Source of the DNA: a bacterium
GTDB lineage: Bacteria; Patescibacteriota; Minisyncoccia; Phycocordibacterales; UBA5272
NCBI GenBank assembly: GCA_023267635.1
Contig: JAHFMX010000001.1
Location: 83,165-147,164 of the forward strand
Direction of reading: 5' to 3'
DNA length: 64,000 nucleotides
Part shown: positions 47,076-57,163 of the stretch, piece by piece
Layout: each line of letters starts with the position of its first letter
Numbering within the stretch: position 1 is the stretch's first letter
Position numbers and translations under genes: made by a program
The notes under the pieces: model-generated
The model's database searches: none
What the model was told of the DNA's origin: nothing
Seen by the model: the letters and a program-made list of their open reading frames with translations, nothing else

Positions 47076-50000
47076 TTTAATTTCATCAACAACAATAGTC
47101 TTTTCTCCGTTTCGAGTAGCAACTTTTCCACGTACCACAACAGGGAGGTCAAGAATAATTGCTGATTTGTAGCGCTTATAGGTTTCTGGGAAAACGGCCA
47201 CCTCAATCGACCCTCGATAATCACGCAAGGTAACAAGCGCCATGTGGTCTCCTTTTTTAGTTTTTGTTATTTTGCTTTTCTCGATAATAACAGCGAGTGA
47301 AACTTCTTTTCCATCCGGTGTATCGTGATGTACTTTATCAATATCAATTCCTCGAGCCTCAATTTTTTCACGCCATGGATCAAGAGGGAAGCCTGACACG
47401 AAGAGTCCAAGTAATTCTTTTTCCCATGCAAGCTTTTGTTCCTGGGTTACGAGTGGTGCACGCTTCATGGTAAATGAAGTTGTGTCTGCTTCTCCAAAGA
47501 GTGAGTTTTGGTGTCGGTTATCTTTTACTGCGTGTTTATGGAAAGCGAGAATGTTATCCATGTTTGCAAGAACGTCACCACGTTCTGCGAACTCATCAAG
47601 CGCTCCACACATAGTGAGAGCTTCGAGAGATTTTTTGTTAAGGTTCTTGTGAGTGATTCTGTTAATGAAATTTTCAAATGACGTAAATGGTCCTTTTGCT
47701 TTTCTTTCTGCAATGATAGCGTCCGCAATATCAACTCCTAAGTTTTTTACGGTGTAGAGACCGAAACGAATTTCCTCCTTTCCATTTTCATCAGTCACGA
47801 TACTAAACCCACCCTCACTCATGTTGATGTTTGGTGGAAGCACAATAATATTCATACGCTTACACTCGGACACAATTTCAGCAATTTTTTCTACGTCTCC
47901 TGATTCGTTCGTCATAATCGCCGTCATATACGCAACAGGGAAGTTTGCTTTCATGTACGCTGTTTGATAGGCAACACGTCCATAACTCGCAGCATGGGCT
48001 TTGTTAAATCCATAGGCTGCAAACGGTTCAATCAGTGACCAGAGGAGGTCTGCTTTTTTCTGAGACAGTCCATGTTCGAGAAATCCTTTGAAGAGTTTTT
48101 CTTTTTGAGCCGTCATTTCTGCTGGAATTTTCTTACCCATCGCTTTACGTAATTTGTCAGCTTCAAGCCATGAATATCCAGCCAAGTGAATGGCGATAAG
48201 CATCACGTCATCTTGGTATACAATCACGCCAAAGGATTGATCAAGAATTGGTTCAAGACGGGGGTCGAGATATGCGACAAGAGATTGGTCATGCTTTCGT
48301 TTGATGTACTCAGGAATCATTTCAAGTGGTCCAGGACGGTAGAGAGCCACCATAGCGTTAATGTCAAAAATAGTCGAAGGCTTTAGCTCCTTCAAAAATC
48401 GTGTCATACCAGAACCGTTTAATTGGAATAGTCCCATCGTATATCCGTGAGCAAGCATATCGAATGTCTTACTGTCATCAAGTGGAATGGTTTCAATATC
48501 AATAGTGGTGTTGTATCTGACTTGAGCAATTTCAATTGCGTCTCCTAAAATAGTAAGGTTACGAATACCGAGGAAGTCGAATTTAAGTAGTCCTGCATCT
48601 TCAATGGTGTACATGTCGTACTGAGTAATAACCTTGCCCCCCTTAGGGTCTTTTTGTATCGGACTGAATTCCCACAGCGGACGAGGCGAGATAACCGTTC
48701 CAGCGGCATGAACAGAAATGTGTCGCGCACAGCCTTCTACTTTTTGTGCCATGTCTAAAATGATTTGCACATCACGGTCCGTGTCATAGAGTTCTTTCAG
48801 TTCAGGCATTTCAAGGAGCGCTCCAGCAATTGTCACAGGGAAACCTTGTCGTGGCGGAGGAATCATTTTTGAAATACGGTCCCCAACCATGTAAGGAAAC
48901 TTCATTGCACGAGCAACATCCTTCACAGCCCCACGCGCCATCATTGTTCCGAATGTTCCAATCTGTGCAACGTTATCTATTCCATATTTTCTACGCGCGT
49001 AGTCAATAACCTCGTCACGACGAGTATCGGCGTAGTCCATGTCGATATCTGGCGCAGAGGGTCGTTCAGGGTTGAGGAAACGTTCAAACGGCAACTTGTA
49101 TTCAAAGGGGTCAACGATGGTAATACGAAGAAGATAGGTAACAAGAGATCCCGCAACGGATCCACGAATGTTAGTAAGAATTTTATTTTCACGAGCGAAA
49201 CGCAAGAGGTCGTACACCACAAGAAAGTATGGTGAATACCCTTTGTCCGAGATAACTTTAAGCTCATAATCAAGCCTCGTTTTAACTGTCTCTGTAAGCT
49301 CCATGTTACGCACAATAAGTCCCGCATGCGCTAGTTCACGAAGATCTTCATCGTAACTTTTTTTGTATTCAATGTCAGGAAATACCCACGCCCCAAGCGG
49401 TATTTGTAGGGAGCAACTTTTGGCAAGGACAAGTGTGTTTGAAAGAGCGTCAGGGACGTCCTTAAACTGTCCCATACCCGTAGCGACATCTACCATAGTA
49501 AAGTCATCTTTTTGGAACATGTGATTGTACTCATCTTGAGAATGTTCGTCGCCGTGAATAAGGTAGAGTGTTTTATGTGCAGCCTTATCTGCAGCCGATA
49601 AGTAGTGAGTGTTCCACGTTGCGATAAGTGGAGTGTCCGTCTCACGAGCGAGCGCTATTGTTTTGTCGTACATCTCTTTCCCACGTTCCATCGAAACCTG
49701 CGGATTAATTTCTAGGTAAAAATGCTCACCAAAATGTGACGCGTAGAACTCCAGGCGTTTTTTTGCTTCTTCAGGATTAATAACAAGAAGATTAGATACT
49801 TCACCCCACTGACCACCAGAGAGAACCGCAAGACCTTCTTTGTAAGTGATAAGTGTTGCTTCAGTAAGAAGTGGGTCAAGCGGATTTTCTACGTTCACGA
49901 TTGAGGTGATGCGCATGAGATTTTTGTATCCTTGTAGATCTCTTGCGATAAGAACTATTTTAAATCTCCGGTCTTCGTACTTAAGAGAAAATTCTACACC

Positions 50001-50186
50001 GATGATTGGTTTGATTCCTGCGTTCTCACAGCTTTTGTAAAACTCGATAGTTCCATACATATTACTGTAGTCAGTAATAGCTAGAGCAGGCTGACCGAGT
50101 GATGCAGCTTTTTTTACAAGAGGGTCTATTTTCGGGAGGGCTGAGAGTAGAGAGTAGTGACTGTGATTGCGTAGATGGACGAACAT
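47061..50186 (-). CDS. dnaE: DNA polymerase III alpha subunit
   Basis: 1041 aa; N-terminal PHP domain (HLRNHSHYSLL), polymerase core, OB-fold C-terminus. Confidence 0.95.
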   Translation of the reverse strand: MFVHLRNHSHYSLLSALPKIDPLVKKAASLGQPALAITDYSNMYGTIEFYKSCENAGIKPIIGVEFSLKYEDRRFKIVLIARDLQGYKNLMRITSIVNVENPLDPLLTEATLITYKEGLAVLSGGQWGEVSNLLVINPEEAKKRLEFYASHFGEHFYLEINPQVSMERGKEMYDKTIALARETDTPLIATWNTHYLSAADKAAHKTLYLIHGDEHSQDEYNHMFQKDDFTMVDVATGMGQFKDVPDALSNTLVLAKSCSLQIPLGAWVFPDIEYKKSYDEDLRELAHAGLIVRNMELTETVKTRLDYELKVISDKGYSPYFLVVYDLLRFARENKILTNIRGSVAGSLVTYLLRITIVDPFEYKLPFERFLNPERPSAPDIDMDYADTRRDEVIDYARRKYGIDNVAQIGTFGTMMARGAVKDVARAMKFPYMVGDRISKMIPPPRQGFPVTIAGALLEMPELKELYDTDRDVQIILDMAQKVEGCARHISVHAAGTVISPRPLWEFSPIQKDPKGGKVITQYDMYTIEDAGLLKFDFLGIRNLTILGDAIEIAQVRYNTTIDIETIPLDDSKTFDMLAHGYTMGLFQLNGSGMTRFLKELKPSTIFDINAMVALYRPGPLEMIPEYIKRKHDQSLVAYLDPRLEPILDQSFGVIVYQDDVMLIAIHLAGYSWLEADKLRKAMGKKIPAEMTAQKEKLFKGFLEHGLSQKKADLLWSLIEPFAAYGFNKAHAASYGRVAYQTAYMKANFPVAYMTAIMTNESGDVEKIAEIVSECKRMNIIVLPPNINMSEGGFSIVTDENGKEEIRFGLYTVKNLGVDIADAIIAERKAKGPFTSFENFINRITHKNLNKKSLEALTMCGALDEFAERGDVLANMDNILAFHKHAVKDNRHQNSLFGEADTTSFTMKRAPLVTQEQKLAWEKELLGLFVSGFPLDPWREKIEARGIDIDKVHHDTPDGKEVSLAVIIEKSKITKTKKGDHMALVTLRDYRGSIEVAVFPETYKRYKSAIILDLPVVVRGKVATRNGEKTIVVDEIKALQQ

Positions 50187-50217
50187 GGAACTAGTATATC
50201 AGCTGTATACTTAGCGC
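50187..50217. promoter_or_regulatory. 31-bp divergent promoter region with symmetric TATACT boxes for dnaE (minus) and rnhB (plus)
   Basis: AGTATA-tCAGCTG-TATACT: each arm reads TATACT toward its own gene, 6 nt from each ATG. Confidence 0.4.
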
Positions 50218-50859
50218 ATGAAAAGAAGAGTAAAAAGGCCACAAGGGGTTATTGGAGTCGATGAAGTTGGGCGAGGGCCTCTAGCGGGGCCTGTTACTCT
50301 CTGTGCTTTCTATGTAGAAGACGAAAAAGAGGCACTTAGAGAAATTTTTCATAATACTATTAGAGATTCTAAGAAGTTAAATAAATCTAATAGATTAAAT
50401 ATATATCAAATAATTAGAAAAAACAGATTGATTAAAACAAGAGTGGAATATGCGATTTCTTCACGTAGTGCGGAGTATATAGATAAGTACGGAATATCTC
50501 ATGCTGTGAGACAGTGTTTGGTTTCCTGTATGCGGACTTTAGTTAAAAAAGGTATAGAAATAGAGAAAATTAGCATACGTCTTGATGCAGGATTAAAAAT
50601 ACCGCTTAAAAACCTTACACAAGAAAGTTTTATTAAAGGGGATGAACGATTTGTTGAAATAGCACTTGCCTCAATCATGGCAAAAGTGTCACGAGATATG
50701 TATATGGAAAAGCTAACAAAAGAACATAATGAGTACGGATGGGAACGAAATGTAGGATATGGAACTAAATATCATAGAGAAGCTATAAAAAATATAGGAA
50801 TTACTAAGTACCACAGAAGAACCTATTTAAAAGCTTTTAAATTGTTTGATAAAATTTAA
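50218..50859 (+). CDS. rnhB: ribonuclease HII
   Basis: 213 aa; GVDEVGRGPLAGPV catalytic DEDD start. Confidence 0.85.
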   Translation: MKRRVKRPQGVIGVDEVGRGPLAGPVTLCAFYVEDEKEALREIFHNTIRDSKKLNKSNRLNIYQIIRKNRLIKTRVEYAISSRSAEYIDKYGISHAVRQCLVSCMRTLVKKGIEIEKISIRLDAGLKIPLKNLTQESFIKGDERFVEIALASIMAKVSRDMYMEKLTKEHNEYGWERNVGYGTKYHREAIKNIGITKYHRRTYLKAFKLFDKI

Positions 50860-51103
50860 TACTTTAAACACACCTTCATAACGTAACCTCTCTCACTGTG
50901 TGTTTCAATAATCTTTAAGTTGTATATAGATTACTCACCACATGTCCCTTAATAAAGATTTTGTTAGGTGATTGATTTTGCGTCGGACGCAGATTTTATC
51001 TTTGCACTGTAAGCTTTTTTAATTTGTACTTTATCCCCAGGTTAATCTAAAGTTATGCTGCGGCTATGCACTATTTTTACTATACTAAGTAATATCGAAG
51101 TAC

Positions 51104-54100
51104 ATGCAAGAGATTAGTTGCCCTCCATTTTTTATATATAAGAAAATTCTAATCTCTACCCTTGTCTTCTTTATTGGTATCACTTCTGTAGAGGTTCACG
51201 CAGCATCAGATTTTCAGCAGAATTTAAACACCACATCTTCTGTATCTGGCAATAGAGATACATCTTTCCAGTATCCGTCACTTTCAAACCTCATCACCTT
51301 ACGTGTAGCCACCCCCTCTAAACACAACCTTTCTCTTCCTGGAACATCTAATCGAGAAATAGCTGTCGCAGGTCCAACTATCTCTCTCATTGGAAACGTA
51401 CAACCACGAGAACTTATTTTGCGTAATAGTGAATCTTCGTTATTTTCTTTCCCATCATTCTTTTCTCTTCAGATTACTAGATACAAAATGCCACGTCTTG
51501 CACAGATTGAACTGCTCCCAGTAAAAAAATATGTATCATTTGCTTTGGGTGCAAATACAGTGCGTGCAGCAGAAGAGCTTTCAACAAAAAAAGCATCTCT
51601 TCCTTTCATTGATCAATTGTCACTCTCTTTCTTTTGCGCACTTGCTCCACGCAAACAGGTCATTGATAGTAGACGCTGTGATTATCAAACACTTGCAAGT
51701 GGGCGACTTGATTTACCGTCTGGTCTTGCAACAAACATCAATCCATCGGCAGAAGAGCCCTCAGCAACAGAAGAATTACCAGCTCCAACTGAAGTAGCCA
51801 CAACAAACCAAACCCCACCTCTCTCTCCATCTTCACCAATCTACCTTACCCGCTACATCACCTCCTACATCGGCATCCCAGGTCCAGCAGGTAAAGATGG
51901 AACAGATGGTAAAGACGGAGTAAACGGTATCACGTCATCTGCACCAGAAGGCTATGGTTCCTACCTCATTCCATCGTACTCTTCTCCAGCAACATCAATT
52001 GGAGTTTCTACCATCTCCTACCTACGACAAACAACCATTGAACTTCCTGTCATTACAGGAGGTACTGCAACTAATTTGTCTCTCATCACACCAACGGTAC
52101 AAGGTGGAGTATTCAGTGGTCTCTCACTCTTCAATGACTCTGCATCATTCACTGGTTCAGTAACCATCAACAACCTTACAGCTACCTCAACCACAGTAAC
52201 CAATCTCACTGCAACTAACGCCACTACCACCACCGCATACATTGATGTCCTTACCGTAGGATCATCCACTGCAGGAAGCCTTACACTAAGTGGCACCTTA
52301 AACGTAGCAGGGACTTCAACGCTTGCAACTACTACCGCATCTTCTTTCACTGCAACCTACGCAACCACAACAAACCTCTTCACGCAGAATCTTTCTGTGG
52401 GTAATGCTTCAACAACAGGGAATCAATCAATTGATGGACAATTCAACGTATCAGGAACATCAACCCTTGGAGCAAAGGTTTTCCTTAACGGAAGTGTGGT
52501 AGTTGGTACTTCCACTGATGAACTGTTCACCGTAAACGCACTTGTTAACTCAAACATTACTCCATCTCAGAACATTACCTATGACCTCGGTTCTGCATCT
52601 TTCTACTGGAGAAACCTCTACGCTAACAACATTAACGTAAACAGTATCTCTGCTGCCTCAACCACCATCTCTGGAACATCTAACAATGACTTCATTGTGA
52701 ACTCAGACAATGGTTCCTCTGATGCTGAAGATGCTTCCCTTGTGTTCTTCCGCGGACTCTCTACACCAAATGCTCTCATACGTTGGAACTCTGCAACCAA
52801 GCGTATTGAATCCAACATGAGTTTCAAAGTACAAAACGAAACACCAACCACAGGAACCACAACACTCACCGTACAAGCAGGCGCAGGACAGTCATCGACC
52901 AATCTCTTCGAACTCCTTAACAATGCAGGAACCAAACTCTCTGCATTTACCTCACAAGGATGGCTAGGTATTGGAACTACCACTCCCTCTACATCTCTTC
53001 ATCTTACTACTAACGATGGACTCATCATTCCAGCAGGTACAACAGCACAGCGTCCAAGCACAACTCTCCCAGGTGTCATCAGATACAACACTACTAACAC
53101 TGGCTTTGAAGGATTCAATGGTTCTACCTGGGGATCTCTTGGTGGAGTAAGTGATGCAGATCAAAATACCTACATCTCAGCTGAGAACTCAGCTGGAGCA
53201 AACAATGATGAACTGAAGTTCTATACCGCAGGTACACTACGAGGCATCTTCTCCTCAACAGGGAACTTTGGGGTGGGGACGAGTACGCCAGGGGCGAAGT
53301 TGACAGTTGATGGTACTCTAACAGCTGGTGATACTGTTATAAGTGGATCAGGTAATGCCAATGGTCTTACTATTAAAAATGGAACCACGAACCAAGCATA
53401 TTCAGGTGGGTTGACTCTTGCATCAAATGATGGCACATCTGTAATCTCAAGAATGTATGCCTCTACAGCAGGTTTGTTTTTGTCTTATGGTGGTGCAGAT
53501 ATTGGAGCTTTCACTGGTAGTGGATTATCCATCGTAAGTGGGGCAACGTATAAAATTAACGGGGCAACAATCGCTCAAGCTTCCACCACCCTCAATAACT
53601 ACTTCTTTGGTAATTCTGGAAATTTGACGATGACAGGTAATTACAACACCGCAACTGGTTATACCTCTCTCTTCTCCAACACCACCGGCTCCTACAACAC
53701 CGCGAATGGTGCGCAATCCCTCTACTCCAACACCACCGGATCCTACAACACCGCGAATGGCAGCTATTCCCTCATCTACAACACCACCGGAAACTTCAAC
53801 ACCGCGAATGGCAGCTATTCCCTCCAATCCAACACCACCGGCGGTGCCAATACCGCGAATGGTTATGCTTCCCTCAACTACAACACCACCGGCTCCAACA
53901 ACACTGCAAATGGCAGCTATTCCCTCAACCACAACACCACCGGCACCCAAAACACCGCGAATGGTATGTATTCTCTCTACTCCAACACCACCGGATCCTA
54001 CAACACCGCAAATGGTTATCAATCCCTCAACTACAACACCACCGGCACCCAAAACACCGCGAATGGCATGAATTCTCTCTACTCCAACACCACCGGATCC

Positions 54101-55987
54101 TACAACACCGCGAATGGTATGTATTCTCTCTACTCCAACACCACCGGCACCCAAAACACCGCGAATGGTTATGCTTCCCTCAACTACAACACCACCGGCT
54201 CCAACAACACTGCAAATGGCGTGAACGCCCTCTTCTCCAACACTACAGGTAGTTTCAACACCGCTTTTGGCTACCAAGCTGGATACGGAGATGGAACTGT
54301 AAATCAAGCTTCTATTATAGACAATTACATGACCTTCCTTGGCTACCAAGCATCTCGTGATGCATCTGTTGCTTCCACAACAGCTCTCACTAACGGAACT
54401 GCTATCGGAAAGAATGCTAGAGTCGGTGCTTCAAACACTATTGTCCTTGGGGGTACTGGAGCAGATGCAGTGAATGTGGGGATTGGAACTGTTCTACCAA
54501 CATCTCGACTTAACGTTGTTGGAACAACTACACTTGTTGGATCATCAACCTCTTCTACTGCACTACACGTAATTGGAAATATTGATAACACAGCAACGAG
54601 TACGTTTGCACCGAGACTTATTTCTAGTCCGAGTACTGGAGTAAATCCAGGTTCAGTCTTCGTCTCTGGTCGTTATGCTTATACGGCGAATTTTAATGGC
54701 AACTCTATGTCCATCATCGACATCTCCAATCCAGCTTCTCCTGCAACTATTTCTACCCCAAGTACTGGGTCAGGATCAGGTTCGTATTCAGTCTTCGTCT
54801 CTGGTCGCTATGCGTATGTGGCGAATGTTAATACTAACTCTATGTCCATCATCGACATCTCTAATCCAGCTTCTCCAACAGTTGTAGCTACTTCAAGCAC
54901 TGGAGCTGGCCCATACTCAGTCTTCGTCTCTGGTCGCTATGCGTATACGGCGAATCAAAATGCTGGCACCATCTCCATTATCGACATTTCCAACCCCACT
55001 TCTCCTATAACAGTAGCTACTCCAAGTACTGGAGCTACTCCACGCTCCGTCTTCGTCTCTGGTCGTTATGCGTATGTGGCGAATAGCGGTGGCAGTTCCA
55101 TGTCCATCATCGACATTTCCAATCCAGCTTCTCCAGTTACCGTCTCTACTCCAAGTACTGGAGCTGGCCCACAATCCGTCTTCGTCTCTGGTCGTTATGC
55201 GTATGTGGCAAATAATGCTAGCAGCACCATGTCCATTATCGACATCAAAAACCCTGCATCTGCCGTCACAGTAGCTACTCCAAGCACTGGAGCTGGCCCA
55301 CAATCCGTCTTCGTCTCTGGTCGTTATGCATATGTGGCGAATAATAGTGCTAACACGATGTCTATCATTGACGTCTCAAATCCAAGTTCCCCAGTTACCG
55401 TCTCTACTCCAAGCACTGGAGCTGGCCCATTCTCAGTCTTCGTCTCTGGCCGTTATGCGTATGTGGCGAATAATAGTGCTAGTTCCATCTCCATCCTCGA
55501 CCTCGGTGGTATTGAATCCACTTCAGCTATTATCCATTCGCTTACTACCGGTAATCTTTCAGTTAACAATGACATCTTTGCAAATGGAAATATCGTAGCG
55601 AATGGGGGACTCACCATTGCAAGCGGATTCCAATCCCAAAATAACTCATCTGTGTATGGCTCGCTTAATGTTTCTACAGCAAACAGCGTGTCGCAGCTAC
55701 GTCTAGGTAAAACAAGTTCTGTGTATGCTGATCTAACGCTTGATAGTGGGGGAGATCTTACTTTCACCACAACTGGGTATAACGTTAAAGCAATGAGTAA
55801 CAACTTGTATATTTGTGATAATGCAGGATGTCCAACACTCACCGCTACAAGTACAGCAGGAAACATCTTTGTGGAAAATGCTCAAGTGTTCGGTAATAAT
55901 TTCTCTATTAACCAGACCTCTTCAACCTCTCTTGGTATGTTTGATCATAGTGGCTCACTAATTATGACGTTTGATGAAGCTCCATAG
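51104..55987 (+). CDS. giant secreted surface protein: signal peptide, short collagen-like triplets, Thr-rich beta region, about 13 copies of a 15-aa repeat, 8 LVIVD-type beta-propeller repeats
   Basis: 1627 aa; signal KKILISTLVFFIGITSVEVHA/AS; GIPGPAGKDGTDGKDGVNG; NTANGxxSLxxNTTGxx repeated; SPSTGxGPxSVFVSGRYAYVANxxxxSMSIIDISNPASP repeated 8 times (LVIVD-like). Confidence 0.7.
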   Translation: MQEISCPPFFIYKKILISTLVFFIGITSVEVHAASDFQQNLNTTSSVSGNRDTSFQYPSLSNLITLRVATPSKHNLSLPGTSNREIAVAGPTISLIGNVQPRELILRNSESSLFSFPSFFSLQITRYKMPRLAQIELLPVKKYVSFALGANTVRAAEELSTKKASLPFIDQLSLSFFCALAPRKQVIDSRRCDYQTLASGRLDLPSGLATNINPSAEEPSATEELPAPTEVATTNQTPPLSPSSPIYLTRYITSYIGIPGPAGKDGTDGKDGVNGITSSAPEGYGSYLIPSYSSPATSIGVSTISYLRQTTIELPVITGGTATNLSLITPTVQGGVFSGLSLFNDSASFTGSVTINNLTATSTTVTNLTATNATTTTAYIDVLTVGSSTAGSLTLSGTLNVAGTSTLATTTASSFTATYATTTNLFTQNLSVGNASTTGNQSIDGQFNVSGTSTLGAKVFLNGSVVVGTSTDELFTVNALVNSNITPSQNITYDLGSASFYWRNLYANNINVNSISAASTTISGTSNNDFIVNSDNGSSDAEDASLVFFRGLSTPNALIRWNSATKRIESNMSFKVQNETPTTGTTTLTVQAGAGQSSTNLFELLNNAGTKLSAFTSQGWLGIGTTTPSTSLHLTTNDGLIIPAGTTAQRPSTTLPGVIRYNTTNTGFEGFNGSTWGSLGGVSDADQNTYISAENSAGANNDELKFYTAGTLRGIFSSTGNFGVGTSTPGAKLTVDGTLTAGDTVISGSGNANGLTIKNGTTNQAYSGGLTLASNDGTSVISRMYASTAGLFLSYGGADIGAFTGSGLSIVSGATYKINGATIAQASTTLNNYFFGNSGNLTMTGNYNTATGYTSLFSNTTGSYNTANGAQSLYSNTTGSYNTANGSYSLIYNTTGNFNTANGSYSLQSNTTGGANTANGYASLNYNTTGSNNTANGSYSLNHNTTGTQNTANGMYSLYSNTTGSYNTANGYQSLNYNTTGTQNTANGMNSLYSNTTGSYNTANGMYSLYSNTTGTQNTANGYASLNYNTTGSNNTANGVNALFSNTTGSFNTAFGYQAGYGDGTVNQASIIDNYMTFLGYQASRDASVASTTALTNGTAIGKNARVGASNTIVLGGTGADAVNVGIGTVLPTSRLNVVGTTTLVGSSTSSTALHVIGNIDNTATSTFAPRLISSPSTGVNPGSVFVSGRYAYTANFNGNSMSIIDISNPASPATISTPSTGSGSGSYSVFVSGRYAYVANVNTNSMSIIDISNPASPTVVATSSTGAGPYSVFVSGRYAYTANQNAGTISIIDISNPTSPITVATPSTGATPRSVFVSGRYAYVANSGGSSMSIIDISNPASPVTVSTPSTGAGPQSVFVSGRYAYVANNASSTMSIIDIKNPASAVTVATPSTGAGPQSVFVSGRYAYVANNSANTMSIIDVSNPSSPVTVSTPSTGAGPFSVFVSGRYAYVANNSASSISILDLGGIESTSAIIHSLTTGNLSVNNDIFANGNIVANGGLTIASGFQSQNNSSVYGSLNVSTANSVSQLRLGKTSSVYADLTLDSGGDLTFTTTGYNVKAMSNNLYICDNAGCPTLTATSTAGNIFVENAQVFGNNFSINQTSSTSLGMFDHSGSLIMTFDEAP
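53640..54260 (+). repeat. tandem 45-bp coding repeat, about 13 copies
   Basis: Unit approximately CAACACCACCGGxxCCTACAACACCGCGAATGGxxxxxxxTCCCTC; encodes the 15-aa NTTGxYNTANGxxSL period. Confidence 0.85.
54600..55500 (+). repeat. tandem coding repeat of about 120 bp, 8 copies (LVIVD-like propeller blades)
   Basis: Recurrent GTCTTCGTCTCTGGTCGTTATGCGTATGTGGCGAAT...ATGTCCATCATCGACATTTCCAATCCAGCTTCTCC. Confidence 0.85.
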
Positions 55988-56123
55988 AAATACCACATAG
56001 TAATGTGAATTTTCAATTTCTAATTTTCAATTTTCACTCAATGAGTTAATTTTAAAATTAAAAACATTGGAAATTCATTAAAAATTAGAAATTAAGAATT
56101 AAAAATTATGCTAGCATACACCC

Positions 56124-56909
56124 ATGTTTGAAGAAATAAAAAAGTTCAAAGACCTCATAGTTACATGGTTAGCTTTATTTATAGGGGTTGGTGTCTTCTT
56201 CTTCTTCTTTGGAATGGCACCTGCAACACTTTTTGGGCACTTGGTACATATTCCACTTCCAACCGATGTATCTTTTGCTGCGCAGTTTTTTAGAATGATG
56301 GAGGAATCTATTTTGCCAGCAGGGGTTACTCTTGTTGCGTTAGGTCCGCTCTCTGCTCTTAATACGCAAACGATTGTTGCGTTTATGCTATCTTTTCTGG
56401 TTACGTTTCCATATCTTTTGTATAGACTGGTGCGGTATATTTCTCCAGCGCTCCATACGAATGAGCGTAAAGCTTTTCTCACGGTGCTTGTTCCTGCTAT
56501 AGTTCTTTTCTTCAGCGGAGCACTATTCTCCTATAAGTTTGTTATACCTCCAACATTTAAGGCTTTGTATTCGTATACCGCTGCTACAGGAGTAGTATCT
56601 ATTTTTTCAATGGAAGCTTTTGTTTCAACGGTTGTTACATTTATGGTAGTTTCAGGGTTCTTGTTCTTACTACCTATTTTTATGGTGTTATTAAGTTTCT
56701 TAGGAATCTGTCCACCACCATTTTGGTGGAAGAATTGGCGCTATGCACAGTTCAGCTTTCTAGCCTTCTCTGCTATAATTACACTAGACGGAAGCGGTGT
56801 TAGCATGGTGCTACTCTCTTTGCCTCTGACAGGATTGTATGCTGTCGGGGCTACGGTTGCACAGGTTACACACAAACAAAGTATTACGGAGATTACAGGA
56901 ACAACGTAA
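56124..56909 (+). CDS. tatC: twin-arginine translocase subunit TatC
   Basis: 261 aa, 6 TM; FLVTFPYLLYRLVRYISPALHTNERKAF parallels E. coli TatC ILYQVWAFIAPALYKHERR. Confidence 0.8.
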   Translation: MFEEIKKFKDLIVTWLALFIGVGVFFFFFGMAPATLFGHLVHIPLPTDVSFAAQFFRMMEESILPAGVTLVALGPLSALNTQTIVAFMLSFLVTFPYLLYRLVRYISPALHTNERKAFLTVLVPAIVLFFSGALFSYKFVIPPTFKALYSYTAATGVVSIFSMEAFVSTVVTFMVVSGFLFLLPIFMVLLSFLGICPPPFWWKNWRYAQFSFLAFSAIITLDGSGVSMVLLSLPLTGLYAVGATVAQVTHKQSITEITGTT

Positions 56910-56945
56910 TCTATTTCTATTATTTATTAACTATCTATCACTACT

Positions 56946-57134
56946 ATGTTTGGAATCGGAATACCAGAATTAATTATTCTTGCACTTGCGTTTGGAATCC
57001 TCTTTTTTGGAAGTCACAAGGTGACAGAATTTGCTAAATCATTAGGTAGATTTACTGGTGAATTTAAAAAAGGTAAGCAAGAAGTTGAGCGTGAACTCAA
57101 AGCAGGGGAGGAGGAAGCAAAAGAAGATAAGTAA
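56946..57134 (+). CDS. tatA: twin-arginine translocase subunit TatA/E
   Basis: 62 aa; MFGIGIPELIILALAFGILFFGSHKV..GEFKKG matches the TatA N-terminal TM plus amphipathic helix (FG..KL hinge). Confidence 0.7.
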   Translation: MFGIGIPELIILALAFGILFFGSHKVTEFAKSLGRFTGEFKKGKQEVERELKAGEEEAKEDK

Positions 57135-57163
57135 AAGCAGGGTTGTTTGGTTGGTTAGAATAC

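Noticed and set aside
46793-47236. 147-aa minus-strand ORF spanning the secG-dnaE intergenic AT-rich repeat
   Set aside because: Overlaps the dnaE 3' end and the secG start; made of low-complexity AT-rich repeat sequence; looks like an artefact of stop-poor repeat DNA
53525-54349. 274-aa minus-strand ORF (Gly/Val-rich) and several 60-130 aa ORFs antisense to the giant surface-protein repeats
   Set aside because: They lie exactly over the 45-bp and 120-bp coding repeats of the 51104 gene; the periodicity keeps antisense frames open; no start-context support
53640-55500. Tandem direct repeats considered as a possible CRISPR array
   Set aside because: Repeats are in-frame coding repeats with no unique spacers of constant length and no cas genes; units are 45 and about 120 bp rather than the 28-37 bp repeat plus spacer architecture
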